From contig OZ244905.1 in the NCBI GenBank assembly GCA_965221695.1, forward strand, positions 1,184,001 to 1,248,000: 64,000 bases of DNA, in the 5' to 3' direction. This document shows positions 18,657 to 27,471 of the stretch, piece after piece. The translations under genes were made by a program, and so were the position numbers. This DNA is from Gammaproteobacteria bacterium (GTDB taxonomy: Bacteria; Pseudomonadota; Gammaproteobacteria; Eutrophobiales; Eutrophobiaceae). Positions within the stretch are counted from its first letter, which is position 1. Every line of letters starts with the position of its first letter. Under the pieces are notes generated by a model. That model had not been told where the DNA came from, did no database searches, and was given only the letters and a program-made list of their open reading frames with translations.

Positions 18657-20924
18657 TCAGAAGTGATAGGACACCGACCCGACCACGCGGCGCGGCTGCT
18701 CCAGTGTCCCGATGATGATGGAACCCGGAGCGGACGGCAGCGCGCTACCGGAGAAGTTGGGGAATTCCTGTACATCAATATAGTAGTCTTCATCGAACAG
18801 GTTTTCTATGTGAATACCGAACTCCCAGTTGTTCCACTCCACCCCGGCGCCCAGGTCCACGACGGTAAAATCCGGGTTTTCCCAGAACGGAAAATCATCC
18901 CCGGGAGCGTCGAGAAACTGGGCGTTGGTGGACGCCTCCCCCTTGTAACGCAACTGCAAGCGCCCGAACAAGCGCATATCGCCATTCAACTGCTGATCAT
19001 AATCCAGCGCTGCGGTGGCGCTCCAGTCTACCACGTTGGGTGGCGTCATACCGGACAGGTCTGCGCCTGTTATCGGCGAGGTGACGCCATTATCCCACTC
19101 CGAATCCACGTAGCCAAAACCGGCTGAAACAGTCCAATTCTCGTGCATGGACAAGACCATATCACCCTCCATGCCCCAGGCCTCGGAATTACCGGCATTG
19201 ATAATGCCCTCGAGTATGGCGCCGTTGGTCGGGTCTTCGGTCTGCAGTTCAAACTGGCGATCTTTGTAGTCTATGAAAAAGCCGGCCAGGGTCAATATCA
19301 AGCGGTCATCCAACAGCCGTCCCTTATAACCGATCTCGACCTGGGTTGCCCTTTCTTCTCCATAGCCAAACAGGCTGTCGACTCCCTCGAAATTGTTCAG
19401 GTTGAAATAGCCCGGCTCGAAGCCCTGGGACACGGTGCCGTATACCATGGACCGGTCGTCATCGAAAAACATGGCTATGGAACCGCGGCCCAATATCTCG
19501 GTCTCTTCCTGGCGGCCGGTGACATTGCTGTCATAGTTGGTGCGCTTGCTCTCCCAGTTATCCACGCGCACGCCGCCGCCAATCTCGATATTATTCATGC
19601 GATAACTGAAATTGGCATAACCGGCGATCTGTTCACGCCTGCCGTAGCTTTTCTCGAAAGGGATCACGGCGACTATCGTATCCTCCGGGGGATCCTCGTC
19701 AAGCGCCGGGAAGGGGACCGGATCGTCGGGGTTCGGGTTGCAACTGGGATCCAGGAAGAAGCAGAAACCATAGGGCGCCAGCAGGTCTGCGTCATAATCC
19801 CGCTGGTAGTCCAGGTAGTAGGCGCCGGCCTGCCATTGCAAGGGACTGTCGCTGGTGGAGATAAAGCGCAACTCCTGAGTCCATACTTCCACCGGCCACG
19901 GACGAACCAGGTCCAGCACGAATTCCTGGGAGATATCAAGGTCGGTCTGCCGGTCCGACTCCGTGTCTGTGTAGGAGGTAAGGTATGTGGCGCTGAAGTT
20001 GCCAAAATCATAGGTCAATTCAATGCTGCCCGCTATGGTTTCCCGTTTGTGGCGCGGGTTGTAACTGGTGTCCACGACATTGGTGTGGGTCAGGTCCCCG
20101 CTCAGCTCCCGGTTCCAGATATTATTGGGTCCATCCAGTTCGTTATAACGCAGTGTGGTATAGAGTGACAACTGTTCGCTGATGTTGCCGGCCAATGTCC
20201 CGCGCACACCGTATTTTTCAGTTTTGCCCACATCCGGATCATTGTCGGCCACGCCGCCATTGAGACGCGGGCTATTGGGATTGACCACGAATGAATCATC
20301 CGTCATCGCAAAACCAAACAGACTCATTGCCCAATCCGCGCCCAGCGGCACATTCAACTCGATCTCGCCGTCATAGTAATTGTCTTCACCGGCTTGCGCC
20401 TTCACCCGGCCCGAAAACGCATCCGGGTCCGGCCGTTTGGTGACGAATTTCACCGCGCCGCCGATGTTGGCGCCGCCGTACAGGATACCCTGAGGCCCTT
20501 TCAGCACCTCAATCCGTTCAAAATTGCCGAACCGGGACGAAGCATCCCCAAATAACTGCACATCATCCAGGTAAAACCCCACACCCTGGGTATTGCCGAA
20601 GGCGCCCAGGCCGCGGATCGAGACATTGGGAAAACCGTCGAGGCGCCGGCTCATCCAGAGGTTCGGCACCAGCAGTCCGATATCCTCCAGGCCGTTGATG
20701 TTGGCGCTCTCCACCATGTCTCCGGAAAAAGTGGTCAGGGATTCCGGTATTTCCAGCACATTTTCCTCACGCTTGCGCGCAGTGACAATAATTTCCTCAA
20801 GCAGGGTATCGTTCTGCGCCATCACTGCCTGACTCATCAACAATATGCTTGCGGGTGCAGCCAGAAAAATCAGCGCAAGCCATGCCGTTCCGAATACGGC
20901 GCCTGGAAAGAAGTATCTGTTCAT
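18657..20924 (-). CDS. TonB-dependent receptor
   Basis: Signal peptide, EEIIVTARKREE TonB box, IEVLKGPQG.LYG, NLFDEDY, C-terminal F. Confidence 0.95.
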   Translation of the reverse strand: MNRYFFPGAVFGTAWLALIFLAAPASILLMSQAVMAQNDTLLEEIIVTARKREENVLEIPESLTTFSGDMVESANINGLEDIGLLVPNLWMSRRLDGFPNVSIRGLGAFGNTQGVGFYLDDVQLFGDASSRFGNFERIEVLKGPQGILYGGANIGGAVKFVTKRPDPDAFSGRVKAQAGEDNYYDGEIELNVPLGADWAMSLFGFAMTDDSFVVNPNSPRLNGGVADNDPDVGKTEKYGVRGTLAGNISEQLSLYTTLRYNELDGPNNIWNRELSGDLTHTNVVDTSYNPRHKRETIAGSIELTYDFGNFSATYLTSYTDTESDRQTDLDISQEFVLDLVRPWPVEVWTQELRFISTSDSPLQWQAGAYYLDYQRDYDADLLAPYGFCFFLDPSCNPNPDDPVPFPALDEDPPEDTIVAVIPFEKSYGRREQIAGYANFSYRMNNIEIGGGVRVDNWESKRTNYDSNVTGRQEETEILGRGSIAMFFDDDRSMVYGTVSQGFEPGYFNLNNFEGVDSLFGYGEERATQVEIGYKGRLLDDRLILTLAGFFIDYKDRQFELQTEDPTNGAILEGIINAGNSEAWGMEGDMVLSMHENWTVSAGFGYVDSEWDNGVTSPITGADLSGMTPPNVVDWSATAALDYDQQLNGDMRLFGRLQLRYKGEASTNAQFLDAPGDDFPFWENPDFTVVDLGAGVEWNNWEFGIHIENLFDEDYYIDVQEFPNFSGSALPSAPGSIIIGTLEQPRRVVGSVSYHF

Positions 20925-20946
20925 TTACTTGCCCCCTTAGTTTTAT

Positions 20947-21169
20947 GAAAGCTCTGAACAAGTCCATCCTGGACTTGTCAGAGCACGCAAAACAAAAATG
21001 CGATTTTTGTTTTGCTCTCAAATTCAATGACTGATCGTCATCGAATTTGATGTGCACCGTCCATGGCACACACCCTTCGGGCATCCTTCGGATGTCCAAA
21101 TCCGCTCCAGGCGGATTTGTGGCGATACATCCCTGTATCGCAGGAAGCCCTTACTCAACAAGAGGTTCC
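20947..21169 (+). mobile_element. Diverged, extended copy of the IS5-type multi-hairpin MITE
   Basis: Same hairpin series as 29327-29477 with paired substitutions and an extra internal module of about 70 nt. Confidence 0.8.
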
Positions 21170-21501
21170 TTTGTTGTATTTTTGTCAAGAGAATATACCG
21201 GATGACACCAATACTGACTTGTTTCCAAGCGAAACTGTAGCTGTCTGAACGTGCAAACACTATGGTGAGACGGTAAAGAATGAAAATTATCCCGGTTAAA
21301 TGGCGTCATTCGTGCAAAATAACTTGGATTTACGCTAAAACCGGCTAGACTTAAACAGATCAGCGCTAACCGGACCATTTTATGGCGTTATATTCTGTTA
21401 ATCTCGTCTGCGTCGTGTTGTTTAAATCATACATGCCTGCAGGTTGGAACGATTAATGCCGCAATCCGTCACGCGGGGCGAGCAGGCTTTGGGCAGCAAC
21501 A

Positions 21502-22476
21502 ATGGAAACTAATTTTCCACAATCATTCATTAATACCTGGTCCACAGACGGACTGGCAAAGAGCGACCGCTTCGACGCCTGGGCGAGCGTTCTCAATGAA
21601 GCATACGGACGCTGGGAAATGGATCGTCCGGTGGCGCCGGACTTCTTCAGCAGTGTCAAGTATTACGACGATTCAATACTGAAGATCATAGAATGTACCT
21701 GCGACCCCTGCTCCGCTACCCGCACTCGTACAAGCATCCGCGCCGACGGCCTTGAGACCCTGACTATACAGGCCGTGCTTGAAGGACAGGAATACATCAA
21801 CTTCAACGGAGAAGACATCCTGCTGAAACCCGGTGACCTGCTGGTCTGGGACAGCGCCAGGCCCATGACTTTCAAGGTCCAGGACCGGCTGCACAAGATA
21901 TCGGTGATGATGCCTTTGCCGCGCTTCCAGTCCTGGCTGCCCCGCTCCTGGTTCTCAATCCGGCATTCGCTGGACGGAAAATCGAACAGCGGCCTGCTGC
22001 TTACCAACCACGTCAAATCACTACGCAAGTCAGTTTTCGATGGGGGCTGTAAAGACAACCATGCCTTGATCGACGCAACCATCGGCGTGCTGGTTAATGC
22101 CCTGGGTATGGATAGCACAGATGATCCGACACCCCTGCGCGTGACCCAGTTACGCCATATCAAAGAATACATACGGGCCAACATCCGCAACCCCGACCTG
22201 TCGCCAACCATGATCGCCAAGGCAGGCGGCATGTCCTCCCGTTACCTGCACTGGCTGTTCAATGCCAATGAAGACGCCGATACAGTCAAGCAGTATATCT
22301 TTCACCAACGCCTGGATTTGTGCGCACGGGACTTGTCAAACCCGCATATGAAACACAGAAAAATCTCCGACATAGCCTTTTACTGGGGTTTCCAGGACAC
22401 CGCGCATTTCAACAAGCGTTTCAAACAGCAGTACTACTTGTCTCCTTCCGCGTTTCGAGGAAAGATGCTGCAGTAA
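21502..22476 (+). CDS. AraC family regulator (FeaR-like)
   Basis: WST......RF..W N-terminus; P.LSP..IA...GMS.RYLH.LF, ISDIAFYWGFQD.AHF..RFK..Y..SP. Confidence 0.92.
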   Translation: METNFPQSFINTWSTDGLAKSDRFDAWASVLNEAYGRWEMDRPVAPDFFSSVKYYDDSILKIIECTCDPCSATRTRTSIRADGLETLTIQAVLEGQEYINFNGEDILLKPGDLLVWDSARPMTFKVQDRLHKISVMMPLPRFQSWLPRSWFSIRHSLDGKSNSGLLLTNHVKSLRKSVFDGGCKDNHALIDATIGVLVNALGMDSTDDPTPLRVTQLRHIKEYIRANIRNPDLSPTMIAKAGGMSSRYLHWLFNANEDADTVKQYIFHQRLDLCARDLSNPHMKHRKISDIAFYWGFQDTAHFNKRFKQQYYLSPSAFRGKMLQ

Positions 22477-22514
22477 CAAGCCTTCAGCAAACCGCACTGC
22501 CTGCAACTCTATTT

Positions 22515-22607
22515 TTTATGGCTGAATATGGCTGGATTTATGGCCGAAAATCGTTTATGGTCATCTGTCAGGCATTTATGGCCGGATATGGTTGGATTTA
22601 TGGCTGA
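22515..22607 (+). repeat. Two imperfect 33-bp direct repeats (60-bp period) built of TATGGY units
   Basis: TTTATGGCTGAATATGGCTGGATTTATGGCCGA and TTTATGGCCGGATATGGTTGGATTTATGGCTGA. Confidence 0.8.
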
Positions 22608-22900
22608 CACAATTAACACACATACTCTTCATATCACCCCGGAAATTCTCGATATTATTGCAGAAGATCACAAGCGAACGAAAAATCCTCGGCCAGCTAC
22701 CGGAATTATCCTTACAAATTGTGGAACTTGCACGCGAGCGGGGTCAAATCAAAATGGATGACATCATAAAGTCAACCAGCGCCGCCCGAGGGACGATCAA
22801 AGAGCATATTGCTTCATTAGTAAAAAATGGCTATCTAACAAAGCACGGCAAAGGGAAAGGCACATGGTACACAATCTCAGCCTGGTATGTCGTAGAATAA
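22600..22900 (+). pseudogene. Fic-family gene with the catalytic core deleted
   Basis: MADTINTHTLHITPEILDIIAE (typical Fic N-terminus) is joined out of frame near 22665 to a C-terminal wHTH (LPELSLQIVELARERG...HGKGKGTWY); no HPFxDGNGR. Confidence 0.75.
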
Positions 22901-22960
22901 CTTGCCGGCCTCCATAATTCACAGGGCACAGCAAGTAACCGGCGATTTACACAGAAATAT

Positions 22961-23356
22961 TTACAGTCCCGCGGCCACCAGGTCATCAATGTCTATACGC
23001 AGCGCGGCCGACAGTTTTTTAAGTGTGTCGATACTCCCGGTTTTCCTGCCGGATTCAATCTGCGCAATGTAGCCCTGTTGAACCCCGGATATGGCTCCAA
23101 GTTCTGTCTGGGTCAGACCGCGATGCTCACGCCAGACACGCAAGCGGGATTCTTCGTCCCGCAGCAGCCTGTGCGCCACCTCTGCAGGAACTAGCTCATC
23201 CTGGCCCGTGGCTAACTCATCCAGCGCATCATCCGCCGCCCGGATATCTTCCGCGTCTTCCGCCAGCGTCAGCAAACGACGGTACATATCAATGGGCACA
23301 ACCGCATGGGTCGGCCGGCCGTCTTTTTCAATGACCTCTACCTGGTTAGTCATCAT
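22961..23356 (-). CDS. XRE-HTH antitoxin (RelE-partner type)
   Basis: GRP..AVVP...Y..L, ED..D, LRVWREHRGLTQ.ELG, IAQIESG. Confidence 0.88.
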   Translation of the reverse strand: MMTNQVEVIEKDGRPTHAVVPIDMYRRLLTLAEDAEDIRAADDALDELATGQDELVPAEVAHRLLRDEESRLRVWREHRGLTQTELGAISGVQQGYIAQIESGRKTGSIDTLKKLSAALRIDIDDLVAAGL

Positions 23357-23478
23357 TTATAAATGCCTCCTCTTGGCCCGACTTTCAAAACGAGCAGCAC
23401 AAGTTCATCTTTTTCAATCGCGCATATCGCGCGATAGTCCCCGATCCGCAAGCGCCAGTAAGGCGAACCGGACAGTGG
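23353..23478 (-). pseudogene. RelE/ParE toxin C-terminal remnant
   Basis: LSGSPYWRLRIGDYRAICAIEKDELVLLVLKVGPRGGIYK overlaps the antitoxin start; the N-terminal half is replaced by unrelated sequence. Confidence 0.75.
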
Positions 23479-23716
23479 TCCCCAATCCCCGACAACAATG
23501 CCACCATTTGGCACTTGCATAAAGGCAAACGTCTTTGCCCCATTAGCGAACTTGCCCGCCGCCGCCACCGACACGACGCCGCCAATCAACCCCGCCACCG
23601 ATTATCCGGAGTTCAACATTGATACGTCAGTTGAGCTTCGGTTTGATGGAAGCGGTGCGAGCGGTTTTTTGCTAGATGATGAAATGCGACGATTTAAGCT
23701 GAGTATCAAATGGAGT

Positions 23717-24043
23717 TCAAGCTCCGATACTGAGGCGCCCCGGCCGCTCCGAATTCGTCTCGCGGATGACGATATTTACATCGCGCCCGAGTACTGTGAG
23801 AAGACGCAGAAGCCGTTCCATGGAGTACTCCCGAAAGTTGCCCCGTAACAGGCGCGACACATCGGGTTGAGATAGCCCAAGCAGCTTTGCCGCCTCGACC
23901 TGTGTTATGCCGCGCTGGCGAATAATCCTGTCGAGCCGGCTGACGAGCTCGGCTTTGGGCAGGTGGGCGTCAGCATCCGGAAGCCCCAGGTCAGCAAACA
24001 CGTTGCCGTTCTCCCGTTCGGCCTGCCTGGTATCAGTCTTCAT
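23717..24043 (-). CDS. XRE-HTH antitoxin (HigA/HTH_37 type), orphan
   Basis: GNVFADLGLPDA...KAEL...TQ.EAAKLLG.SQP.VSRL..G....S.ERL; GGAG RBS before ATG 24043. Confidence 0.88.
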   Translation of the reverse strand: MKTDTRQAERENGNVFADLGLPDADAHLPKAELVSRLDRIIRQRGITQVEAAKLLGLSQPDVSRLLRGNFREYSMERLLRLLTVLGRDVNIVIRETNSERPGRLSIGA

Positions 24044-24047
24044 CGGT

Positions 24048-24179
24048 TTACTCTCCGCCATAGTTCTCACGGTAATGTGCGGCAGCCAGAATAGCGACTG
24101 CTCTGTCACTCTCTTGATCAAGAGCTTCGTAATATTGGAATACCTCTCTAATAATTGTATCCAGCTGATCTTCTGTCAT
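24048..24179 (-). pseudogene. 43-aa chimeric remnant (MtlR-like N-terminus plus probable toxin tail)
   Basis: MTEDQLDTIIREVFQYYEALDQESDRAVAILAAAHYRENYGGE; ESDR.AIL.AA resembles the mannitol-repressor family; occupies the toxin position upstream of the antitoxin. Confidence 0.45.
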
Positions 24180-24220
24180 GGTAATTCTTCTGATGTATAG
24201 TTTTCGTTATTGTGTCAATA

Positions 24221-24292
24221 TCAAATTCGTTGTGGAGCATCATCGATCCAGCAGCGTCCTGCAGTTGTTATGCTTGTATCCGCAACGATCAT
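24221..24292 (-). pseudogene. VapC/PIN toxin truncated after the first strand
   Basis: ATGA overlap with the antitoxin stop; MIVADTSI is a PIN N-terminal motif, followed by unrelated residues and a stop at codon 24. Confidence 0.7.
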
Positions 24293-24531
24293 GGCCTGTC
24301 TTCGTCAATGGCGCGGTCAATATCTTCGGCTGCGATAACGTCAGGTTGGATCTGTGAGCGTAACAGACGGATGTCTTCGAGCCTGTCTTCCGGATTGATT
24401 CTTACAGTCTGCAAGCTACGCTCGAGGCAAGCGATCACTTCGCTGTTAATACTCCTGTGATGACGTTCGGCAGCAGATTTGAGTTCTTGATAAAGCTCAG
24501 GCGGAATATTTTTTATGGTCAAGGCAGGCAA
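24289..24531 (-). CDS. FitA/Arc-like ribbon-helix-helix antitoxin
   Basis: LTIKNIPPELYQELK..A..HHRSINSEVIACLE; TTG start. Confidence 0.88.
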   Translation of the reverse strand: MPALTIKNIPPELYQELKSAAERHHRSINSEVIACLERSLQTVRINPEDRLEDIRLLRSQIQPDVIAAEDIDRAIDEDRP

Positions 24532-24680
24532 AAAACATTTCTCTGTTCAAAGTTGAGTTTCAATTCTGGTTGCATTATGGAATCCTGTCGAGTGACAGAC
24601 TGTTAGGACAGCCCAGTGAAACGTGAGTATGTACTTGTTCAGAGCTTCCCTGGCATATCGGACACAACTTGCCGGGTAGT

Positions 24681-25610
24681 CTATAACTCGATATCCATTC
24701 CGTCGTAAGACACTTCCCAGCCTGCGGCTTCCACTGTCCTGCGTTCCTCACTGTTGGCGAACAGGATCGGGTTGGTGGTGTTGATGTGGATAAATATTTT
24801 TCGCTTGATGCCCAGGTCCTGCAGGGCGGCCAGGGTGCCGTCTGTACCGGAGACGCTGATATGACCCATGCGCTTGCCGGTCTTGATCCCCACTCCGTCG
24901 CGGATCATCTCATCATCCACCCATAACGTGCCGTCAAAGAATATCAGGTCGGCGCCGCTGATGCGCTCGGCGAGTTCCGGCGTTACCCGGGCGCAGGCGG
25001 GCATGTAGTAGAACGACTTGCCGGTATTCCGATCCTTGACGAACAGCGCAATCGTATCCTCATCCACGGAACCGAAATCCTTGCCCTTGCTCTCGTCCTC
25101 CAACCACAGGGCTACCTTGCCCGGGACCGCAAACGGCGTGATTTCAATCTCCATCGCGCTGCCATCCGGCTTCAGCAGTTCCAGGGGTTCGTTCAAGGTC
25201 ATGGGTTCGCGGCTGACGAATTTCGGGTTCAGGACGTTGAATATCGTATTCGCTTGCAGCACACCCAGCACCCGCTGGGTCGCGTAGATCCGTAACGGCT
25301 GTGATTCGCGCAGGTTCAACAGGCCCGCCACATGATCCACATCGGCATTGGTCAGTACCGCGCCCATGATCGGACTGTGGCGCAAGTCTTTTGTCGGATG
25401 CAGTATGTCGTTGTCATTGATCTGCTGGCGCAGGTCCGGGGACGCGTTGAACAGGTACCAGTCGTCTCCATCGGCGCTGATCGCAATGGACGACTGGGTA
25501 CGCTGCGGCGCAGCCGGGTCATCCTGCCTGGCGCGCCTGCTGTTGGGATGATTGCAGTTCCACTGCGGGTAGCCGCCACCGGCGGCTGCGCCTAGTACCC
25601 TGATGCGCAT
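24681..25610 (-). CDS. pqqB: PQQ biosynthesis protein B
   Basis: VLGAAAGGGYPQWNC, RTQSS, NASPD, DVDHVAGLL.LRE, GKRMGH, IHINTTNP. Confidence 0.95.
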   Translation of the reverse strand: MRIRVLGAAAGGGYPQWNCNHPNSRRARQDDPAAPQRTQSSIAISADGDDWYLFNASPDLRQQINDNDILHPTKDLRHSPIMGAVLTNADVDHVAGLLNLRESQPLRIYATQRVLGVLQANTIFNVLNPKFVSREPMTLNEPLELLKPDGSAMEIEITPFAVPGKVALWLEDESKGKDFGSVDEDTIALFVKDRNTGKSFYYMPACARVTPELAERISGADLIFFDGTLWVDDEMIRDGVGIKTGKRMGHISVSGTDGTLAALQDLGIKRKIFIHINTTNPILFANSEERRTVEAAGWEVSYDGMDIEL

Positions 25611-25697
25611 GGTGATGTAAACTCCTCTGTTTGTTGAAACCTGAAAGGGATAAGCTTAAACATATTCGGTGCAATGATATAATACTGGAAGCTGATT

Positions 25698-25922
25698 TCA
25701 ACTCTCTCCTGAATGTATTTCCAAGTCTGTCGGTTTGCTGTTTCTGAGGGCATGATACTCGTTAATAGCTTCCTCAATTTCATCAATTAATTCCTGCATT
25801 TGCGCTCGGCCTGCCTGTTCTATTTCTTTGGCAACACCTTTCTTTGCTGGAGATGAAAGGGATTCTATGAGTATGGCCAGTTGTTTTTTTGCAGCCTGAT
25901 ACTGCTTATCGCAGGTAATCAT
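25698..25922 (-). pseudogene. N-terminal fragment of an XRE-type regulator/antitoxin (HTH missing)
   Basis: MIT..KQY..AK...EIEEAINEY.AL pattern normally precedes an HTH; AT-rich. Confidence 0.5.
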
Positions 25923-26116
25923 TCTGAATCTCGTGATAACGATTATGCCTTTCGGTTCACCTTCTCGAAAATTGGTAATATGTAAAAGTTGACATAGTGA
26001 TCCTCGTATACTACGATTTGCCGTCCAGGTTCTTCCAGGGTAGTTCAATTCGGCGCATAGAAGGAATTATATCTAAAGCCTAAACCATCATAGCTGACTC
26101 TCCGGTTTTTTTTCTA

Positions 26117-26764
26117 ATGCCAAAAAATTACACTAACTCAATTGTTTTCGTCGGAACAGGATTTGAAGTTTCTATGTTCGATGAAAGGGAGCTGGTTGGA
26201 AAGTTTGGCCCAATTAAAAAAGACCAAATCAAAGCCGGACCAGTGGGCCAGTTCAACTATGAGCATGGCTATCATTTTTCAGTTACACCTGATCGCATCG
26301 ATGTTCGTCATTCAGGGCGAGAAGTTTTACCTAATCCACTATTGGAAAACAGCCAATTAATAGCTCGCCAATTGGAACCTATACAGGGAATTGTTTCCGG
26401 TGTTGGCATAAACTGTGATGCAGCATTTCACTCCAGCGAGATCGGTAAGACTGGGATCGAGTTTTGTCAGACTCTGACGAAGAATCAATTGTCTCAGTAC
26501 ATATTTGAAGGGTACTCGAACATAACCACATTATCTGTGGCAACAGCTTTTCAGGGGACAGGTAAACGCGTACAGCAATATAATGTGCGTTTTGAACCTG
26601 ATCAGAATTCAGAGAGGAAAGATCTCAAAGTTGCCTTAAATGCGCACCAAAATGTAACGACTGAAGGTAGGCTAAGTGAGAAACTGGATGGTATCGCGAT
26701 TAAAGAAGTAAGAACCCAGATTGAACGGATCCATCGGCAGATTCTTTCTTCCGGAGATGTATGA
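26117..26764 (+). CDS. Hypothetical protein, TIGR04255-like
   Basis: SIVFVG.F, VTPDR, VSGVGIN, NVRFEP, N.H spacing as recalled for this superfamily; AT-rich; ATGA overlap with the next gene. Confidence 0.65.
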   Translation: MPKNYTNSIVFVGTGFEVSMFDERELVGKFGPIKKDQIKAGPVGQFNYEHGYHFSVTPDRIDVRHSGREVLPNPLLENSQLIARQLEPIQGIVSGVGINCDAAFHSSEIGKTGIEFCQTLTKNQLSQYIFEGYSNITTLSVATAFQGTGKRVQQYNVRFEPDQNSERKDLKVALNAHQNVTTEGRLSEKLDGIAIKEVRTQIERIHRQILSSGDV

Positions 26765-27444
26765 TGCAAGATGTGGCAACACGGACTTGGAGTCCTGAAG
26801 CAACAATAAATTGTTCCTGGCTACCGGATCAGAGAGTTGATCTCCGTGATCTTAATCCTGATTTCTTTCTGGTCGAAAACGCCAACAAGCTGCAAGCGAT
26901 ATGTCAATTTGTACCGCTTCGCATCTCCATCCCTGAGCAAAAAAGATATAGCGGCTTTCATCTTGTGGTGGCGACATTTTTGGCGGGGTATGCTTCAGCA
27001 GGTTCCCTGGCGCCTTCACCTGGTCAGGACCCATTATTCGTAAGTGGGACAGATTCACATTCTCACTTGTTTATTAGTCTAGAACTAGAAGAGCGCCTGA
27101 AGGAATTATCAACTCGTCTGGAAACATTGCGTAAATTCGCTCAGGAAGATAATTCTTCTGATATTGACTGGCCAAGCGAGCAGGCTTGCAAGGATGCAGA
27201 GTTGTTTATTCGTCTATTACCCCTTTCTGAAATCGTCAGTCCAAATATCTATTTTGCCCATGATGGCGAGATAAATTTTCTGTGGAAGCGGCAGAATGAC
27301 GAACTTCATGTCGATCTGGGATTTTATGGAGATGGAACTTATTCATTCTTTGCAACCAATAATAGTAGGGAGGAGTTAATGGATGACATGGTCAAGATTT
27401 CCGATGGACTGCCAGATAAGCTTATTGATATGCTCAGAGTTTAA
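26761..27444 (+). CDS. Hypothetical acidic protein (putative antitoxin/immunity)
   Basis: C-terminal domain PS..A...A..F...LP....P.I....DGEI.F.W......VDLGF.GDG.YSFF; second gene of the AT-rich operon. Confidence 0.7.
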   Translation: MMQDVATRTWSPEATINCSWLPDQRVDLRDLNPDFFLVENANKLQAICQFVPLRISIPEQKRYSGFHLVVATFLAGYASAGSLAPSPGQDPLFVSGTDSHSHLFISLELEERLKELSTRLETLRKFAQEDNSSDIDWPSEQACKDAELFIRLLPLSEIVSPNIYFAHDGEINFLWKRQNDELHVDLGFYGDGTYSFFATNNSREELMDDMVKISDGLPDKLIDMLRV

Positions 27445-27471
27445 CTACTTATACCCTTACCTTTTATTTTA

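Noticed and set aside
25611-25700. pqqA upstream of pqqB (also checked 35810-36012)
   Set aside because: No short ORF with the E-x-x-x-Y PqqA core was found
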